From NCBI GenBank assembly GCA_963664325.2, contig CAXXDQ010000007.1, positions 832,001 to 896,000 of the forward strand: a stretch of DNA of 64,000 nucleotides. Reading direction: 5' to 3'. Positions 59,969-64,000 of the stretch are shown piece after piece. The number at the start of each line of letters is the position of its first letter. Within the stretch, counting starts at the first letter, position 1. The translations under genes were made by a program, and so were the position numbers. The notes under the pieces are model-generated. The model did no database searches. It was not told the origin of the DNA and saw nothing but the letters and a program-made list of their open reading frames with translations. Source of the stretch: Desulfomonilia bacterium. Its GTDB lineage: Bacteria; Desulfobacterota; Desulfomonilia; UBA1062.

Positions 59969-61126
59969 TCATTTGCTGAATGAGTCTATTATTTCACCGT
60001 CGACATTTACTGCGCTGCAGTTGAGATTGTCGCCGTCAACATCAACGATCATGAAATGGTGCTGAGATTCGACCACCTCAAGCTGAGGCCAGTCTTTCCA
60101 TGCCTCGGTGTCAAGCCCTCCGCCGCCCCCGCCTGTGACAACGAAATAGGTGAAGGGTTCGCCTTCGAGAGGTTCTCTTCCACGTTCGTATGCATGCGTA
60201 TGGCCGTTGAATATGACGTCGACACCGGCCTCTTCGAGAATCGGGATTAAGGTTTCCCTGACAGTCAGATTGCCGTCATAATAATACCCGTTCCACAGTT
60301 CGGTGTATGCGGGATGATGGAAAAATGCGAATTTAAACTTGGCATTCCTGAACTCATCCGACTTGACGAGATTCGCAAGCCAGGCATGCTGGGCCGTATA
60401 CGGGAACCAGACATTTGAATCAATGACTATGAAAATGCTGTTGCCGTAAGAAAATGAGAACCAGTGGTCATTACCGGGCTGTGAAAAGTATTTGTAAAAG
60501 TACGGGGATTCGACTTCATGATTCCCTATCGCCGAGAATACAGGAATCCTGTCGTTGAATTCCATCATCGGAACAAAATATCTGTTTTTCCATTCAGGAA
60601 GGTCCCAGCCGTTTGTTACAAGGTCCCCGACCCCGATTGCGATGTCGGGCTCATATTCCTTCATGAGTCCGAGCAGCTTGCCAAAGATGTCCGGGTTTTC
60701 CTGGGAATCGCCCCATACAGTGAACCTGAACGGTGTATCCGTGTTCGGGGCTGTCCGGAATATGGACTGCGGGCCGGGCATATCTTCCCAGCTGTTTAAA
60801 ATGGCTGACTTGACCTTGTTGAATATCTGGTAGTCGTAATGCGTTTCCGTCGACAGGCCCTCCAGCCTTATTTCATGGAATGTTCTGGCGGTATCTTCGA
60901 CAGCGCTTGAGGACATCGGCTGCATGGAACCTGACACGGTGTAATTGACCATCCCGCGTGTAGGCAAAGTGGTTTCCCAGCAGATCGTGATGCCTTCTTT
61001 CGTTACGTCCTGAAGATACGGGCCCTTGGAAATGTCCGGTTTGGGGCAGCCTGTTAGAAAGATGACTGATGCCAGCAGAATAGCCGAAAAGACAAGATTC
61101 CTTTTTCCCCGTTCAAGATGCTTCAT
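59969..61126 (-). CDS. Purple-acid-phosphatase-like metallophosphoesterase lipoprotein with an FN3 domain
   Basis: LTGC lipobox, GPYLQ, GD, GDL, GNHE, HHP and GHTHAYER. Confidence 0.9.
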   Translation of the reverse strand: MKHLERGKRNLVFSAILLASVIFLTGCPKPDISKGPYLQDVTKEGITICWETTLPTRGMVNYTVSGSMQPMSSSAVEDTARTFHEIRLEGLSTETHYDYQIFNKVKSAILNSWEDMPGPQSIFRTAPNTDTPFRFTVWGDSQENPDIFGKLLGLMKEYEPDIAIGVGDLVTNGWDLPEWKNRYFVPMMEFNDRIPVFSAIGNHEVESPYFYKYFSQPGNDHWFSFSYGNSIFIVIDSNVWFPYTAQHAWLANLVKSDEFRNAKFKFAFFHHPAYTELWNGYYYDGNLTVRETLIPILEEAGVDVIFNGHTHAYERGREPLEGEPFTYFVVTGGGGGGLDTEAWKDWPQLEVVESQHHFMIVDVDGDNLNCSAVNVDGEIIDSFSK

Positions 61127-61158
61127 ATTATCTCCTCATATTCTAAAATAATATTGTA

Positions 61159-61191
61159 AATATTAACAGAATATTAACAGAATATTAACAA
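61159..61191 (-). promoter_or_regulatory. Three tandem 11-bp repeats, Pho-box/OmpR-family-like
   Basis: AATATTAACAG x3 (CTGTTAATATT on the sense strand), 33 bp upstream of a phosphoesterase start. Confidence 0.5.
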
Positions 61192-61264
61192 TTTTAAAAG
61201 GGATTTCTCGTCTTTTCAGCGCGTGAACCGATATCAATGGTCCCAGTCCAGAGAAGATTGATGA

Positions 61265-61849
61265 TCAGTCAACCACATGGCTTACCAGCTTGTCTGCAAA
61301 AGCGGCAATCTTTGCGGCAACCTCTTTACGGCCAAGCATGTCCTGCCCGGTATACCCGCCTATTACAAGATGCCCGAGATTTTTCATCCTGTAAAACTCC
61401 GCCATCCTGGTGAAGCCTTCCACGACGAGGTCCGCACCGTCGGACTCGTCACCGCCCGCCGTAATCACCAGGGCGCATTTCCTGCCTTCAAGAAGAGAGA
61501 CCATGGGTTCAATCTCATATTTGCCCAGGCAGAAAAGCCTGTCGATGAAAGGCTTTATCTGGGCTGCGTAGGACCAGAAGAATACCGGGACGGCGAATAC
61601 TATGACTTCAGCGGCAAGAACTTTCTCATACATTTTCTGCATATCGTCTTTTATCTTACATCCCGGTTTTTTCTTTTTTTTCTGGCAGGCAAAGCATTCA
61701 CTGCACGGCTTTATCTCATAATCGGGGAGAAATACTGTCTTTGGTTTAAAGCCTTTTTCTTCGAGTGATCCGCACAATTTTTCAAGCAGGCGGGCCGTGT
61801 TTCCGTGTTTGCGCGGGGAACCGAGAAAAAATGTAATGCCTTGTTTCAT
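61265..61849 (-). CDS. Flavodoxin-family iron-sulfur flavoprotein
   Basis: GSPRKHGNT, CSECFAC...C.IKDDM and K.FIDR. Confidence 0.9.
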   Translation of the reverse strand: MKQGITFFLGSPRKHGNTARLLEKLCGSLEEKGFKPKTVFLPDYEIKPCSECFACQKKKKKPGCKIKDDMQKMYEKVLAAEVIVFAVPVFFWSYAAQIKPFIDRLFCLGKYEIEPMVSLLEGRKCALVITAGGDESDGADLVVEGFTRMAEFYRMKNLGHLVIGGYTGQDMLGRKEVAAKIAAFADKLVSHVVD

Positions 61850-62039
61850 CCTGTCCTCCTTTAATACGTTCATTAATCGCCCTGGTCAGAAAGTATATGC
61901 ACATCTAACATTCTACAATTTGTCCGGTTCTGTCAATTGCAGAGTCTTGACACAGGTGGCCCTTTGGGGTTGTCATTTCCATTTGAGTCTAGTAAAATAT
62001 ATAAGTTGCGTCTGACAATTTATTAGAAGGGGGTATGAT

Positions 62040-63446
62040 ATGAGGTTGTTCAGGTCACAATCCTGCATCTTTGATCTTTTCAGAAGAAACATTTCCAGGT
62101 TGCTGATTCAAATCGCGCTTGTTGCGATAATGAGTATATGCTTCATTACCATGCCTCGCGAGGCCTCTGCTGACTACCTCTTTCCGCCAATTACTGGGTG
62201 CGGTGCTTCAATTGACGCTTCAAACGGGAGGACGCTGTCCCCATACCTCGGGGTGAACAATACCATCTCCTGCTCCGCCTCCGACGGGGCAGGCGGCTTC
62301 TACATAGGCGGCTTTTTTACACAGGTCAACGGGGTCACCCGGAACCGTATCGCTCACATCCTGCCCAATGGTAGTCTTGATGCTGCCTGGAACCCGAATG
62401 CGGACGGGGAAGTCTCAACCATTGCGGTCAGCCGTGACAGAAAAACCGTTTATGCGGGTGGCGACTTTGGATTCATAGGCACACAAGGGAGATCATACAT
62501 TGCCGCACTGAACGCGGACCCAAGTTCCATCAACTATGGCAAGGCTACAGCCTGGAACCCACGGGCGAGCCATTATGTCAAAGCCCTTGCGGTAGGGGTC
62601 AGTCCTAACGGAACACCCGTTGTCTATGCGATAGGTGAATTCAGAACAATCGGCGAAGACCCAAATCTTGTACCGGGTACATATAACAGGAACTGTATTG
62701 CTGCACTGAACGCAGACCCCAGTTCCATCAACTATGGCAGGGCCACTGCCTGGAACCCGTCTGGATCCTGGCCGGTGCACGGGTATACCGGGCCGCAAGC
62801 AATCGCGGTCAGCCCTGACGGTTTAACCGTCTATATAGGAGGCGCTTTCACCCTGGGCGGCACACAGCATGGACTCTTCGCTATCAGTGCCCAGACAGGA
62901 GTGGTCCTTCCCATCTGGAGCCCGAGCCCGAACCCGAACGGCATTATCTACGCCATTGCGGTCAGCCCTGACGGAAATACCGTCTACGTTGGAGGGGATT
63001 TCACGGAGATAGGCTGGCAGCGTGTCTATTTGAAAGATAATGGTTATGTCGAGCATCCTTATTACAGAAAAAACATCGCCGCCATTCGTGCTGTTGATGG
63101 ACAGATCACCGGATGGAACCCGAGAGCAAACGACACCGTCAAAACCATTTCAGTCAGCCCGGATGGAAGAACCGTCTACGCTGGAGGAGAGTTCACGAAG
63201 CTGGAAGGGCCGTTAACAACCTGCCCCGTTGTCACACGCAACAAGGTTGCTGCTATCGATAGCGCGGCTTCGGAACCTATTTGCAATCCGACCGGGATAC
63301 CCACGTCATGGGACCCGAATCCGAACGGTGATGTCTACGCTCTGGCACTCAATCCCGGCGGCTCCATTGTCTATGTTGGCGGTTATTTCACCATAATCGG
63401 AAGCGTCATACCTTCCGCAAACACGGGGAACCAGATAGGGCACTAG
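62040..63446 (+). CDS. Exported beta-propeller repeat protein (WNP...VYxGGxF repeats)
   Basis: Signal peptide and about six repeats of WNP.....V..IAVSPDG.TVY.GG.FT, with an internal DNA duplication at about 62505-62560 / 62703-62758. Confidence 0.75.
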   Translation: MRLFRSQSCIFDLFRRNISRLLIQIALVAIMSICFITMPREASADYLFPPITGCGASIDASNGRTLSPYLGVNNTISCSASDGAGGFYIGGFFTQVNGVTRNRIAHILPNGSLDAAWNPNADGEVSTIAVSRDRKTVYAGGDFGFIGTQGRSYIAALNADPSSINYGKATAWNPRASHYVKALAVGVSPNGTPVVYAIGEFRTIGEDPNLVPGTYNRNCIAALNADPSSINYGRATAWNPSGSWPVHGYTGPQAIAVSPDGLTVYIGGAFTLGGTQHGLFAISAQTGVVLPIWSPSPNPNGIIYAIAVSPDGNTVYVGGDFTEIGWQRVYLKDNGYVEHPYYRKNIAAIRAVDGQITGWNPRANDTVKTISVSPDGRTVYAGGEFTKLEGPLTTCPVVTRNKVAAIDSAASEPICNPTGIPTSWDPNPNGDVYALALNPGGSIVYVGGYFTIIGSVIPSANTGNQIGH

Positions 63447-63682
63447 ACAAACTGCCTTACAGTATCAGGCCCTGTGCCTATGACCTGTCAGGCCTTTACG
63501 GTCTGTTGCCCGAATAGACAATATCCTGATTCGAGAAGAGGAGGCACGCTGAAGTAATGAAGCTTGCCTTCCTTTTTATTATAATGGAAGATTCAGTTTA
63601 ATTTCCCATGGAACCGCTTATTTTGGTTATGAACCGTTTGTTATGGTACTGTTTCCACATATGTTACTGAGGTTCTTAGCCT

Positions 63683-63906
63683 GTGATGGGAAAAGACAAG
63701 ACAGTTCAGGAAAACCTCTTTTCATATAATGCCAGCCTGGATGCCGGAGTCAGGAAAGACCATGTATTAAGAAAGATACAACAGAGTGTTAACTTCGGAT
63801 TTATATATACAAAGGGGTCGAACACCTTTACGGCGAAAGAAGCAATGTTTCCATACCGCCTGAAGATGATGTCTTTGTTGTTCTTCTTTGACGTGAGATC
63901 GGAAGA
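63683..63906 (+). pseudogene. Decayed N-terminus of an IS1182/IS5-like transposase (DUF772 region)
   Basis: MGKDKTVQENLFSYNASLDAGVRKDHVLRKIQQSVNFGFIY, then frameshifted VEHLYGERSNVSIPP, then LKMMSLLFFFDVRSE. Similarity is lost after that. Confidence 0.7.
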
Positions 63907-64000
63907 GGCAAATATCCGGCCAAACTCGGAGACTAATATTTCAGCTAATTCGATTTTTAACTGCTCGATCTGCTTCTTGATCCAAAACACAAATATTAAT

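Noticed and set aside
63706-63990. 94-aa minus-strand ORF
   Set aside because: It is antisense to the transposase relic on the plus strand and has no motif of its own.
1-64000. rRNA, tRNA, CRISPR arrays, integrase or prophage genes
   Set aside because: None recognised by eye. Small structured RNAs could have been missed without covariance-model searches.

Overview
A 64-kb stretch of a bacterial chromosome, probably an anaerobic Desulfobacterota/'deltaproteobacterial' organism. That placement is inferred from gene content and CFI-type C-terminal motifs, not proven. It is mostly accessory content with no rRNA, tRNA or CRISPR visible. Left to right: (1) a type VI secretion vgrG running off the left edge, with tssH/clpV about 8 kb away; (2) between two ferritin-like genes, a partly AT-rich patch that looks like a decayed integron-type cassette array (GrpB, CMD, internally deleted Phd antitoxin, RelE/HigA-like TA pair, orphan TOPRIM-like protein, attC-like remnants, a TIR-bounded mini element); (3) a long run of small metabolic genes, including a Tat-lipoprotein flavin reductase, a 5'-nucleotidase and a catalytic-core-only HisRS/HisZ-like protein; (4) the standout: a single 1113-aa ORF fusing a radical-SAM glycyl-radical activase to an intact glycyl radical enzyme (GCVEP and RVAGY motifs); (5) a 423-bp direct duplication bracketing a Cache-lipoprotein plus NCS2 permease pair, with gene remnants joined at microhomologies; (6) a cluster of exported hydrolases (sulfatase, GH16, papain-like protease, serine hydrolase, CocE/NonD, S41 peptidase) around a putative outer-membrane beta-barrel, two of them ending in a very short Ser/Gly-linker 'CFI' tail; (7) a phosphoesterase with Pho-box-like repeats, a beta-propeller repeat protein and a decayed IS1182-like transposase at the right edge. 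All assignments are from motif recognition by eye; no database searches were run.
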